DNA of 64,000 nucleotides from a bacterium (GTDB taxonomy: Bacteria; SZUA-182; DTGQ01; JAFGSM01): assembly GCA_049472315.1 (NCBI GenBank), contig JBLIRN010000001.1, positions 191,919 through 255,918 of the forward strand. The letters run 5' to 3'. Positions 20,371 through 30,024 of this stretch are shown piece after piece. Made by a program: the position numbers and the translations under genes. Positions within the stretch are counted from its first letter, which is position 1. Each line of letters opens with the position of its first letter. The notes beneath the pieces were generated by a model. That model ran no database searches, was not told the DNA's origin, and was given only the letters and a program-made list of their open reading frames with translations.

Positions 20371-21471
20371 CTACGACGTCCGAGGGTTACTCTTGAGAAT
20401 AGGTGATTCGAACCCCTTTTTCATCAAATCTTGACGAACGGCCTCTGCCTCCTTCGCGCTTTCGAAATTCTCCAGAACAACGGAATACATCGTCGTTTGA
20501 GTCAATTCCTCCCGAATAACGGTCCGGTATCCTCGCCGGTTGAGCCTTTCAACGATCCCCTTGGCACTCTCCTTATGGATACACGAACTAATCCGAAGAG
20601 TAAACCTCCCCTCAGAGGAGGGAATAAGCACCGGATCAAATCCATCGCCCTTTAAGCGATTGAGCACCTTTACGGCCTCCGATTTCTGCGTAAACGTGCC
20701 GGAATATACATTATACATCTTGACCTTACCCGGATTCTCCTTGATTACCGGGGCATATCCCATGCCGATCATTTTTTTGAGCAATCCTTCCGCATTCTCC
20801 CTTATTACACAACTGCAAAACTGAAGATAATACGGTGAAGGGATTTCTGCCAAGCCTTCCCGTGACATTGCCCGGCTGACTTCTTCCTTTGGTTTCTCCT
20901 CGATCTCCTTTTTTTGCGTGGCCTGTGTTTCCCTTTGTTCCTTCATCCGGGCAGGTGCATCCTTCCGAGCGACGTCGGATGACCCGGGAGTCCCCTTCTT
21001 TTCTCCCACGGACGGCTCAGGCGGCGGCTTTGGCGCTCCCTTGCTTTCCACAGGCGGTGCATTCTGCATTACCACCTGAGGAGGAACATCACCCTTGTCC
21101 TGGGCATCCCTGCTGATGCCCTCCTGTTTGACCCTCCCCTGATCGGAATCCTTGCCAACCTGTCCGTCGCGTTCCGGTGCGGTTACTGGCGGAGTTTCTG
21201 CCGGCTTTTTGGTCTTAACAGCCCTTTCTGCAGCCACCTTTACGGAACCGGCACCCTTTACGGATTTGGGAGCAGAGACCATCGAGGCAATCTTTGAACC
21301 AGCCCTTTCCATCAGCAGTGAAAACCACCGTTTCCCAAAGGGCGTGGCCTGAGAGAAATACACTGCGCACAGCAGCATCAAAATAATCAGACCGACGAGG
21401 ATGAAAGGCTTATTTCCCCGAGCTTCCTTTACAGACGTGGAAGAGGGTGGGGCTAAATTGATATTTTTCAT
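20371..21471 (-). CDS. Membrane-anchored SPOR-domain protein
   Basis: N-terminal TM, Pro/Lys/Glu-rich linker, repeated C-terminal SPOR-like segments (Y.V..G.F....EA......L...GF). Confidence 0.8.
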   Translation of the reverse strand: MKNINLAPPSSTSVKEARGNKPFILVGLIILMLLCAVYFSQATPFGKRWFSLLMERAGSKIASMVSAPKSVKGAGSVKVAAERAVKTKKPAETPPVTAPERDGQVGKDSDQGRVKQEGISRDAQDKGDVPPQVVMQNAPPVESKGAPKPPPEPSVGEKKGTPGSSDVARKDAPARMKEQRETQATQKKEIEEKPKEEVSRAMSREGLAEIPSPYYLQFCSCVIRENAEGLLKKMIGMGYAPVIKENPGKVKMYNVYSGTFTQKSEAVKVLNRLKGDGFDPVLIPSSEGRFTLRISSCIHKESAKGIVERLNRRGYRTVIREELTQTTMYSVVLENFESAKEAEAVRQDLMKKGFESPILKSNPRTS

Positions 21472-21534
21472 TATGGTCTGTTATCCCTCTCTGTTCCGTA
21501 TGGCAATCCACTATATATAAAAAATTCAACCATG

Positions 21535-22050
21535 TCAACCGATTTTTATCCTCTCCGTTCGAATAAAATCCAGCAATTCCCTGACCGCCCCCTTGCCGCC
21601 GTACCTTTCGGTCACATAATCGACCGCCTCCCGCACCTCACGGACTGCATCACCGGGGGCCGCAGAAAACCCCACTTCCTTCAAGAGGGGCAAATCGTTC
21701 AGATCATCTCCCATAAATGCCACATCCTCGGGCACGCATGTGCATTGTTTCAGGATGCCCCTGAGCAAGCCTACCTTATCCGCCACCCCCTGCCAGACAT
21801 ACGCAATTTTCAGTTCGCTGGCCCGCGCCTCAACCAATCTGGAATTCCGGCCGCTGATAAGACCGACCTTGATCCCCTCCTTCTGAGCAAGGCAGATCCC
21901 CATACCATCCTTGACATTGAATGATTTAAATGCTTCGCCATCAGGGCCGTAAATCAGTTGCCCGTCAGTGAGGGTGCCGTCAACATCCAAGAGGACGAGC
22001 CGTATACGACGCGCCTTGTTTTTCAGCGTATCCTGGGAAACAGGTGGCAT
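21535..22050 (-). CDS. kdsC: KDO 8-phosphate phosphatase (HAD)
   Basis: LDVDGTLTDG, FNVKDG, MGDDLND, GGKGAVRE. Confidence 0.95.
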   Translation of the reverse strand: MPPVSQDTLKNKARRIRLVLLDVDGTLTDGQLIYGPDGEAFKSFNVKDGMGICLAQKEGIKVGLISGRNSRLVEARASELKIAYVWQGVADKVGLLRGILKQCTCVPEDVAFMGDDLNDLPLLKEVGFSAAPGDAVREVREAVDYVTERYGGKGAVRELLDFIRTERIKIG

Positions 22051-22052
22051 GC

Positions 22053-23015
22053 CTACACCATTCCCGCCTTCAAGAGGTCGTGGAGGTGGATGACCCCAAT
22101 GGGTCTTTCGTGATCGTCAGTGCAGATGAGGGAGGTGATGGAATAGCGTTCCATGATTTCCACCGCCTTTGCTGCAATCTCATTCTGTGAAATGGTCTTG
22201 GGATGGCAGGTCATTACCTCTTCCACCCGCTTGTGCAGGAGATCGTTATGTCGTTCCAGCAATCGCCTCAAATCGCCGTCGGTTATGATACCGGCCAATT
22301 TCCCTTTTCCATCCACCACACAGGTCATGCCCAGTCTTTTGATGGTCATTTCATAGAGGGCATCGCTCATCAGTTGCGATGCCTGAATAACCGGTATCTG
22401 ATCATTTTTGTGCATGAGATCACCGATCCTCATCAAGCGCCGTCCCAAGGCACCCCCGGGGTGAAAAACGGCAAAGTCCTCTTCCTTGAAACCCTTCTTT
22501 GACAAAAGAGCTATGGCCAAGGCGTCCCCAAGCGCCAGGGAAACCGTCGTACTCACCGTCGGGACAAGGTCGAAAGGACACGCCTCTTTTTCAAACGAGG
22601 CGTTCAAAAAGCAGTCACTTTCCCGTGCCAGCGTGGAAAGCGGGTTGCTGCTGATACAGATTAGGGGGATACCGAATCGCTTGATACAGGGGATAAGGCC
22701 CTTTATTTCATCCGTTTCCCCGCTTCGCGACATTGCCAGCACCACGTCGCCCCGGACCATCATTCCCAAATCACCGTGCATGGCGTCGGCAGGATGAAGA
22801 AAAAAGGCAGGTGTTCCGGTGCTCGCAAGGGTTGCGGCGATCTTCTTACAGATGAGGCCTGATTTGCCCATCCCCGTTACCACCACCCTCCCCCTGGAGG
22901 TATAAATCAAATCCACGGCCTTGACAAAATTCTCGTCAAGCCGTTCCTTCAATTCCAGGATTGATCGCCCCTCAAGGTCCAGAACATCCCTGGCCTGCTC
23001 CAAAATGTCACTCAT
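22053..23015 (-). CDS. kdsD: Arabinose-5-phosphate isomerase (KpsF/GutQ; SIS plus CBS pair)
   Basis: GMGKSG, STGTPAFFLHP, HPGGALG, CBS domains. Confidence 0.95.
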   Translation of the reverse strand: MSDILEQARDVLDLEGRSILELKERLDENFVKAVDLIYTSRGRVVVTGMGKSGLICKKIAATLASTGTPAFFLHPADAMHGDLGMMVRGDVVLAMSRSGETDEIKGLIPCIKRFGIPLICISSNPLSTLARESDCFLNASFEKEACPFDLVPTVSTTVSLALGDALAIALLSKKGFKEEDFAVFHPGGALGRRLMRIGDLMHKNDQIPVIQASQLMSDALYEMTIKRLGMTCVVDGKGKLAGIITDGDLRRLLERHNDLLHKRVEEVMTCHPKTISQNEIAAKAVEIMERYSITSLICTDDHERPIGVIHLHDLLKAGMV

Positions 23016-24543
23016 AATCCTCCCTCACCTTGTTGACATCCCGTACACATCTGAATCCCGCACACCTGTATCCGCCATCAGGGCATCCCCCCCTGCGGAA
23101 GGCTGCGCGTAACTCGTCCGGGCGGCTCTCCCAGCCTCCGCCTCTCAATACATGCCATGAACCTTCAGAGGGACCCTGGGGATTTACATGCCCCGTCTGG
23201 TGGTAGTATTCGGGACTATACCAGTCCGCGCACCATTCCCACACATTGCCCGCCATATCGAGACATCCGAAGGGGCTCACCCCCTTTGGATAGCTCCCTA
23301 TCGCGGCGGGGCCGTCGGAGGTGCTGTTATCCTTCGAGAAGCACCGCCCTTCCTCCCAGGCATCTCCCCATGGGTACCGCCTGCCGTCCGTACCGCGTGC
23401 GGCCTTCTCCCATTCGGCCTCGGTGGGGAGCCTTTTTTTCGCCCATGCGGCGTAATCAACAGCATCCTCCCAACTCACCCCGGTGACGGGCTGATCAGGT
23501 TGATCAAAACCGGGCTTCCCCCACAGCAGAGGAGGGCGATGGCGCGTTTCCTTTAAGAACACCTCATACTGCACATTGGTCACCTCATATTTGTCGATAT
23601 AAAAGGCATCCAGAAAGACCTCATGGACGGGATCCTCGTCCTCACGCTCCTTCGAACCCATCGTAAAGGGACCGGCAGGGACAAGCACCATTGACTCGAA
23701 TCGACTCAGATTCATTGCATTGAGCGCGGCATGCAAGGCCTTGGGCTCACATCCGTCATTATCCTGTCCCTTCCCTTCCGTTGACGTCCCGGCCATCCTA
23801 TCCTTGATGACCCTTACGAGGTCCTTCATATCCTTTATGTCCCCGCAGCCCTCCAGGTCGAGCAGTTGGCCGTTCGTCTCTGTAGAACTCTCCCTCCTCA
23901 TGGGGTCATCCACGTCATGCTGCCCGGCTTTGATCTTTCCCGCAAGCCGAGCGGCAAGTTCCTCGATTCGCCAGTCGATATCCTCCAGCCTTTCGGGGAA
24001 GGATATCTGATCCGTCACCTCAACCTCCCTGGTGATCGTGTCGAAGATCTTTATGCTGACGGTATATCGCCCGTCGAGTTTATTCACCAGCCCTACCAGG
24101 ATCTTTTCGATCCCCAGCATCCAGCCGATTTCCAGGGCGGCTTCATGATCGGATACACCGCACTTTTGAAGAAACCTAAGGGTGCCCTGGGGATCGAAAA
24201 TTGAGGGATGACATTCAATCTTGTTGCACCCCGAGGGTCTCAGAAAACCTTGCTTGTTGAGGATCTCGCTCATTTCTTCCTTGCTCATCACATCGAATTG
24301 CTGAAGATGACCCAGGTGTGTCCTGATGTGTTGTGCGATTGTCTCTCCCAGATCCACAGAGAGATTCGGCGAGGTCTCAAGATCGATGACTGCAATGCCG
24401 ATCTTATTCGATGCGGGTGCAACTCCTGTAATAAGGCATACGACCGCAATGACGACCCCCCAGAGCAGCCCGATGCGGCAAGGGGCTCCACCCATTAGTC
24501 TTTCTGCATTCCTCAATGCACACCCCTCTATGGTTAAATCCAT
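23008..24543 (-). CDS. Exported protein with N-terminal CsgG/TolB-N-like region and C-terminal FGE-sulfatase (SUMF1/EgtB/PvdO) domain
   Basis: FTMGS, YEVTN, RLPTEAEWEKAARG, DMAGNVWEW, GFRC; hydrophobic N-terminal segment. Confidence 0.85.
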   Translation of the reverse strand: MDLTIEGCALRNAERLMGGAPCRIGLLWGVVIAVVCLITGVAPASNKIGIAVIDLETSPNLSVDLGETIAQHIRTHLGHLQQFDVMSKEEMSEILNKQGFLRPSGCNKIECHPSIFDPQGTLRFLQKCGVSDHEAALEIGWMLGIEKILVGLVNKLDGRYTVSIKIFDTITREVEVTDQISFPERLEDIDWRIEELAARLAGKIKAGQHDVDDPMRRESSTETNGQLLDLEGCGDIKDMKDLVRVIKDRMAGTSTEGKGQDNDGCEPKALHAALNAMNLSRFESMVLVPAGPFTMGSKEREDEDPVHEVFLDAFYIDKYEVTNVQYEVFLKETRHRPPLLWGKPGFDQPDQPVTGVSWEDAVDYAAWAKKRLPTEAEWEKAARGTDGRRYPWGDAWEEGRCFSKDNSTSDGPAAIGSYPKGVSPFGCLDMAGNVWEWCADWYSPEYYHQTGHVNPQGPSEGSWHVLRGGGWESRPDELRAAFRRGGCPDGGYRCAGFRCVRDVNKVREDYE

Positions 24544-25400
24544 CCACCGCCTTTTATCAGGGCATCAATCTCCATGGCCTGAAGGAGAATACCCTCCAGA
24601 TCATCGAGCGGTATCATATTGGGACCATCACAGAGCGCCTCATCAGGCCTGTCGTGTACCTCCAGGAAAAGGGCATCACACCCCACCGCAACGGCCGCCC
24701 TGATAAGGTATGGACAGAATTCCCTTTCACCCCCTGATGCGATCCCCTTGTGAGCGGGCAATTGAACGCTGTGCGTGGCATCAAATACAACAGGGTAGCC
24801 GAACCCCCGTATGATGGGGAATGACCTGAAATCCACCACCAGATTATGGTAGCCGAACGCATATCCCCTTTCGGTGATCAGCACCTGGTCGTTTCCCGCT
24901 TGCAATGCCTTTGCAGCGATCTGGCCCACCTGACTGGGAGCGATGAACTGCCCCTTCTTAATGTTGATGGGCTTTCCTGTCTGTGCGGCGGACACTATGA
25001 GATCGGTTTGCCTGCACAAAAACGCGGGAATCTGGATCACATCGAGCACATCCGCAACCATTGCCGCCTGATCCGGGGTATGGATGTCCGAGAGTAGTGG
25101 AACACCTACCTCATTCTTGACCTTTTTAAGGATGGCAAGCCCCGCATCGAGGCCAGGTCCCCGATACGATGAATGGGCGGTTCGATTGGCCTTATCAAAG
25201 GATGCCTTGAAAATGAAGGGGATGTTCAGTCGGGAGGTCAGTTTCTTGAGGATTTCGGCCATGCGCATACAATGTGACTCCGACTCGATAACGCAGGGAC
25301 CTGCAATGAGGGTGAGCGGGGCACCACCACCCACGATAACGCCCTCAATGTGTATCTGGTGAGGCGGATGATTATCCCTCTGTATCTGCCCCCCCTCCAT
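24534..25400 (-). CDS. kdsA: KDO 8-phosphate synthase
   Basis: IAGPCVIE, KASFDKANR, PAFLCRQT, FDATHSVQ. Confidence 0.97.
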   Translation of the reverse strand: MEGGQIQRDNHPPHQIHIEGVIVGGGAPLTLIAGPCVIESESHCMRMAEILKKLTSRLNIPFIFKASFDKANRTAHSSYRGPGLDAGLAILKKVKNEVGVPLLSDIHTPDQAAMVADVLDVIQIPAFLCRQTDLIVSAAQTGKPINIKKGQFIAPSQVGQIAAKALQAGNDQVLITERGYAFGYHNLVVDFRSFPIIRGFGYPVVFDATHSVQLPAHKGIASGGEREFCPYLIRAAVAVGCDALFLEVHDRPDEALCDGPNMIPLDDLEGILLQAMEIDALIKGGGWI

Positions 25401-25412
25401 GCCCTCTTTTCC

Positions 25413-27041
<1,629 letters not shown>

Positions 27042-27586
27042 CTAATGTGCATTGCCGCCTGCCAAGGATTCAATGCTCGCTTGCGAAGGGGATTCAGGAT
27101 TTATGGATCGTTCAATACCGCTCCGCTTATGCTGCGGATACGGCCTGGCCTTAAAAAAATAAGGCCCCCGGAGAAGTCATTTGGCTCTTTTTCATTGTGT
27201 CTCAGGAGGTCTTCAATTCTGGCAATAAAAACGATCCACATATAATTCAATAGTGGGAAGTGGTATCCATTGAATCCGTAAACGGGGTAAGTATAGTATA
27301 CCCCTGTAGACAATTCAAGGGCATTCGGGCACCTTGTCCAGGCACCTACGTCCCGCAACAGGAGAAATTCGTTGTTTTTACCAAAGCAAAGCTGTCGATT
27401 TCGATATTCGAGACCTTGCCAAGGCAAGCGATGAGGGATGAGAGAATTATACGCGGAGATATCGTAGGAATCCGAGATTTATTCATTATATTTTAAAATG
27501 ATGGCAAAATTTGAATACATAGCTGAATATATCATAAAAAATGGAGGCGTAATCATAAACGCATACGGCCAATCCCGTGAAGATTC

Positions 27587-27616
27587 TTTACAAAGCACTC
27601 TAAAAAGTGGTATAAT
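27587..27616 (+). promoter_or_regulatory. Sigma70-type promoter for the first Gly/Tyr-rich gene
   Basis: TTTACA-N18-TATAAT with extended -10 (TGGTATAAT). Confidence 0.55.
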
Positions 27617-27663
27617 TTCATAGGTCTTAGTTATAGTTAATCCCTTTTTCCTAGAAAGGTTGG

Positions 27664-28125
27664 GTGAGAGAGGTGAGAAAAACTATCCTAGTGTCCTTCC
27701 TGATTCTTTTAATCCCCCTTATATGCATCAATGCAACTGCTCAGCAATACTACTCCGGGTATTACACCAGTCCCTACTACGGTGGATACTACGGCGGGTA
27801 CGGCTACGGCTCTCCCTCCTACGGCTATAGCGGCTACGGCGGGTACGGCTACGGCTATCCCTCCTACGGCTATAGTGGCTACGGCGGGTACGGCTACGGC
27901 TCTCCCTCCTACGGCTACGGCGGCTGCGCACCCCGTCAAGGTGGTTTCGGTCCGCCCGGGCATGGCAGTCAAGGATGCGGAAGAGGCCGGGAACACGATC
28001 CCTGGTCTAAATATTTTGCTGCCCTGGCCGTTGTGAATGCCCGACTCCAGACCATGCAAATGCTCTACGGAAGTCTGCATCTCAGCGGGGCATTGGGAAA
28101 CAGTGCAGCCATATTGCTCCAGTGA
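27664..28125 (+). CDS. Secreted Gly/Tyr/Ser-rich low-complexity protein 1
   Basis: Sec signal (...INATA|QQYY); three YGGYGYG(S/Y)PSYGY(S/G)G repeats. Confidence 0.8.
   Translation: MREVRKTILVSFLILLIPLICINATAQQYYSGYYTSPYYGGYYGGYGYGSPSYGYSGYGGYGYGYPSYGYSGYGGYGYGSPSYGYGGCAPRQGGFGPPGHGSQGCGRGREHDPWSKYFAALAVVNARLQTMQMLYGSLHLSGALGNSAAILLQ
27790..27924 (+). repeat. Three near-identical 45-bp coding tandem repeats
   Basis: TACGGCGGGTACGGCTACGGCT(C/A)TCCCTCCTACGGCTA... at 27790, 27835 and 27880. Confidence 0.9.
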
Positions 28126-28238
28126 TCATTTCCACGTATTGAAAATGGATGGCGAGCAAAACTGCTGATCACTTTTCCTTGCCGTGACGCGTATGCAATT
28201 GAAACTGTGACATAATTTCTATAAGAAAGGGGTGTGTC

Positions 28239-28724
28239 ATGACGTATCGAGCGATGCGACGTGCCTGCGTGGTCATTTTATTCTCGCTTTTATTGCTTGT
28301 GTCTATTAGCCTGAGCAACGCGAGCGCCTATTTTTCATCAACCTACGGCGGCTATAGTGGGCTCTACGGTGGCTACGGTGGCGGCTATGGCGGACTCTAC
28401 GGCGGCTACGGTGGCATGTATGGTGGCCTCTATGGCGGCTATGGCGGACTCTACGGCATGTATGGTGGCGGCTACGGCGGGCTCTACGGCATGTACGGCG
28501 GCGGCTATGGCGGCCTTTACGGCGGCTATGGCGGGCTCTACGGCATATACGGCGGCGGCTATGGCGGACTCTACGGCATGTACGGACTTGACCTCGGACT
28601 GGGCACTATGCTTAATCCGTTGTCGTATTATTCCTTCGGCGGCATGTATGGCCCATGGAATTCGTTTGATCCGCTTGCCGATCCGTTGCTGGGATTGGGG
28701 ATGTTTTCTGCGGGGCTCTTATAA
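28239..28724 (+). CDS. Secreted Gly/Tyr-rich low-complexity protein 2
   Basis: Signal peptide (...SNASA|YF); about 75 aa of GGY/GGLY/GMY repeats; SD AAAGGGG. Confidence 0.85.
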   Translation: MTYRAMRRACVVILFSLLLLVSISLSNASAYFSSTYGGYSGLYGGYGGGYGGLYGGYGGMYGGLYGGYGGLYGMYGGGYGGLYGMYGGGYGGLYGGYGGLYGIYGGGYGGLYGMYGLDLGLGTMLNPLSYYSFGGMYGPWNSFDPLADPLLGLGMFSAGLL

Positions 28725-29013
28725 TACGTGATGGATTTACGATCAACCGCCCCTTTTATACCCCATTGGAATGGACAAACCATGAATGGCCATTATGCAA
28801 TGTAATTCATTCATTGGAATCGTTATAAATTCAAGGGGTATGTAAAGCGATGCGGGAAGATATGAAAGGCTTTTCATACTATCATGTATTTTATCTGCCG
28901 TTCATGTGATAGCAATAGATCGATTTGTCATTCGGCATACTCATTATAACTATTAAGTTATTGTTTCATTATATGTCTTCATGCCGGATAAAAAAATAGG
29001 GAGGGCTCCCTGT

Positions 29014-29029
29014 CGGCATAAAAATTGCA
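29014..29029 (+). promoter_or_regulatory. Sigma54 -24/-12 promoter upstream of Gly/Tyr-rich protein 3
   Basis: CGGCATAAAAATTGCA, GG-N10-GC with TTGCA. Confidence 0.65.
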
Positions 29030-29297
29030 GCAAATATTATTGAATTATAGATGTTTTATTTTTCAGACGAGGTATATATCAACTAGAATTTCTTGGTTAT
29101 CGATTCATAATATTTAAATTCAACAAATTAAGCGATATGAAGTTCGCTGTAGACCCCAGGAGGTGATTAGTATGATGTATCCATATATGAAACTAAGGAG
29201 GTGGTGTTAAGGAACAAAATGTCGTAGGGTTTATGTTTGTGACATATTAAACTCCCAAAATAAGTGATTACAGTGCAAGGTTCATGGAGGTAGGATT

Positions 29298-29801
29298 ATG
29301 AAGAAAAGCATTTTATTTGTTTGCATTCTGGTAATCGCTCTCGGCCTTTGTTTCTCCGGTGCCCAAGCCTACTATGGCGGCCTCTACGGCGGTTACGGCG
29401 GCCTTTTGGGCGGTTACAGCAGCCTTTTGGGCGGCTATGGCGGTTACGGCGGCCTGATGGGTCTCTACGGCGGACTTTATGGCGGCCTGATGGGCCTCTA
29501 CGGCGGCATGTATGGCGGCATGTATGGCATGTATGGCGGCATGTATGGCATGTATGGCAGCATGTACAGCCCGTTCGGCTTCAATAACCTCTACTATCCT
29601 GTGCAAACGGCCGGTGGGCTGACCTATCAGGTACCGTTCCTGCAGATTGCTCCTCTACTGGGTGTTGCTGGATTGTATAACCAACTCTTCCCGAATCTGT
29701 TTAATCCTCAGCCGCAGGCTGCACCCATTGTCAATGTGAGCACGCCGACCTCATTAGGCATAACCTTCCCCACTCCAATTGGTACCTTTGCGATAACCTG
29801 A
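29298..29801 (+). CDS. Secreted Gly/Tyr/Met/Leu-rich low-complexity protein 3
   Basis: Signal peptide MKK...AQA|YYGGLY; GGLY/GGMY repeats; SD GGAGGT. Confidence 0.88.
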   Translation: MKKSILFVCILVIALGLCFSGAQAYYGGLYGGYGGLLGGYSSLLGGYGGYGGLMGLYGGLYGGLMGLYGGMYGGMYGMYGGMYGMYGSMYSPFGFNNLYYPVQTAGGLTYQVPFLQIAPLLGVAGLYNQLFPNLFNPQPQAAPIVNVSTPTSLGITFPTPIGTFAIT

Positions 29802-29815
29802 TACTATCCGGTTAC

Positions 29816-29855
29816 AAAAAAGGCGCAGGGATTATCAATCCCTGCGCCTTTTTTT
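29816..29855 (+). terminator. Strong (bidirectional) intrinsic terminator
   Basis: AAAAAAGGCGCAGGGATT-ATC-AATCCCTGCGCCTTTTTTT, a perfect inverted repeat. Confidence 0.92.
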
Positions 29856-30024
29856 GCCCTTTTTACGAAAACGATCCTGGCAGACATTCTTCTTTGAAAA
29901 CATTCCAAGAAATATTGAGCAACTACTCCGGGCTGTTGTATCGCGTCGGCAATTATCTTACTATACCCATGGCAACCATCTTTGATCACCATATGGGCAA
30001 TATTCCATATACCGGAGGCCTTCT

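Noticed and set aside
23008..23700. Diversity-generating retroelement target, or maturase for the nearby sulfatase
   Set aside because: No reverse transcriptase or template repeat is seen, the FGE catalytic motif is absent, and the sulfatase-fold protein has Thr so needs no formylglycine.
27101..27496. Short ORFs in the pyrG upstream region
   Set aside because: They overlap on opposite strands, lack motifs or convincing SDs, and lie in a probable divergent promoter region.
28150..28166. Additional sigma54 promoter before Gly/Tyr gene 2
   Set aside because: TGGCGAGCAAAACTGCT has GG-N11-GC spacing, which violates the strict -24/-12 geometry.
27709..29606. Alternative-frame Ala/Thr/Met-rich or Arg-rich ORFs over the Gly/Tyr genes
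   Set aside because: They are frame shadows of GGC/TAC repeats and lack the SD plus signal peptide seen in the Gly/Tyr frame.
27664..29801. RiPP/bacteriocin precursor cluster
   Set aside because: The leaders are ordinary Sec signal peptides, and no radical SAM, YcaO, lanthipeptide synthetase or peptidase-ABC exporter genes are present.
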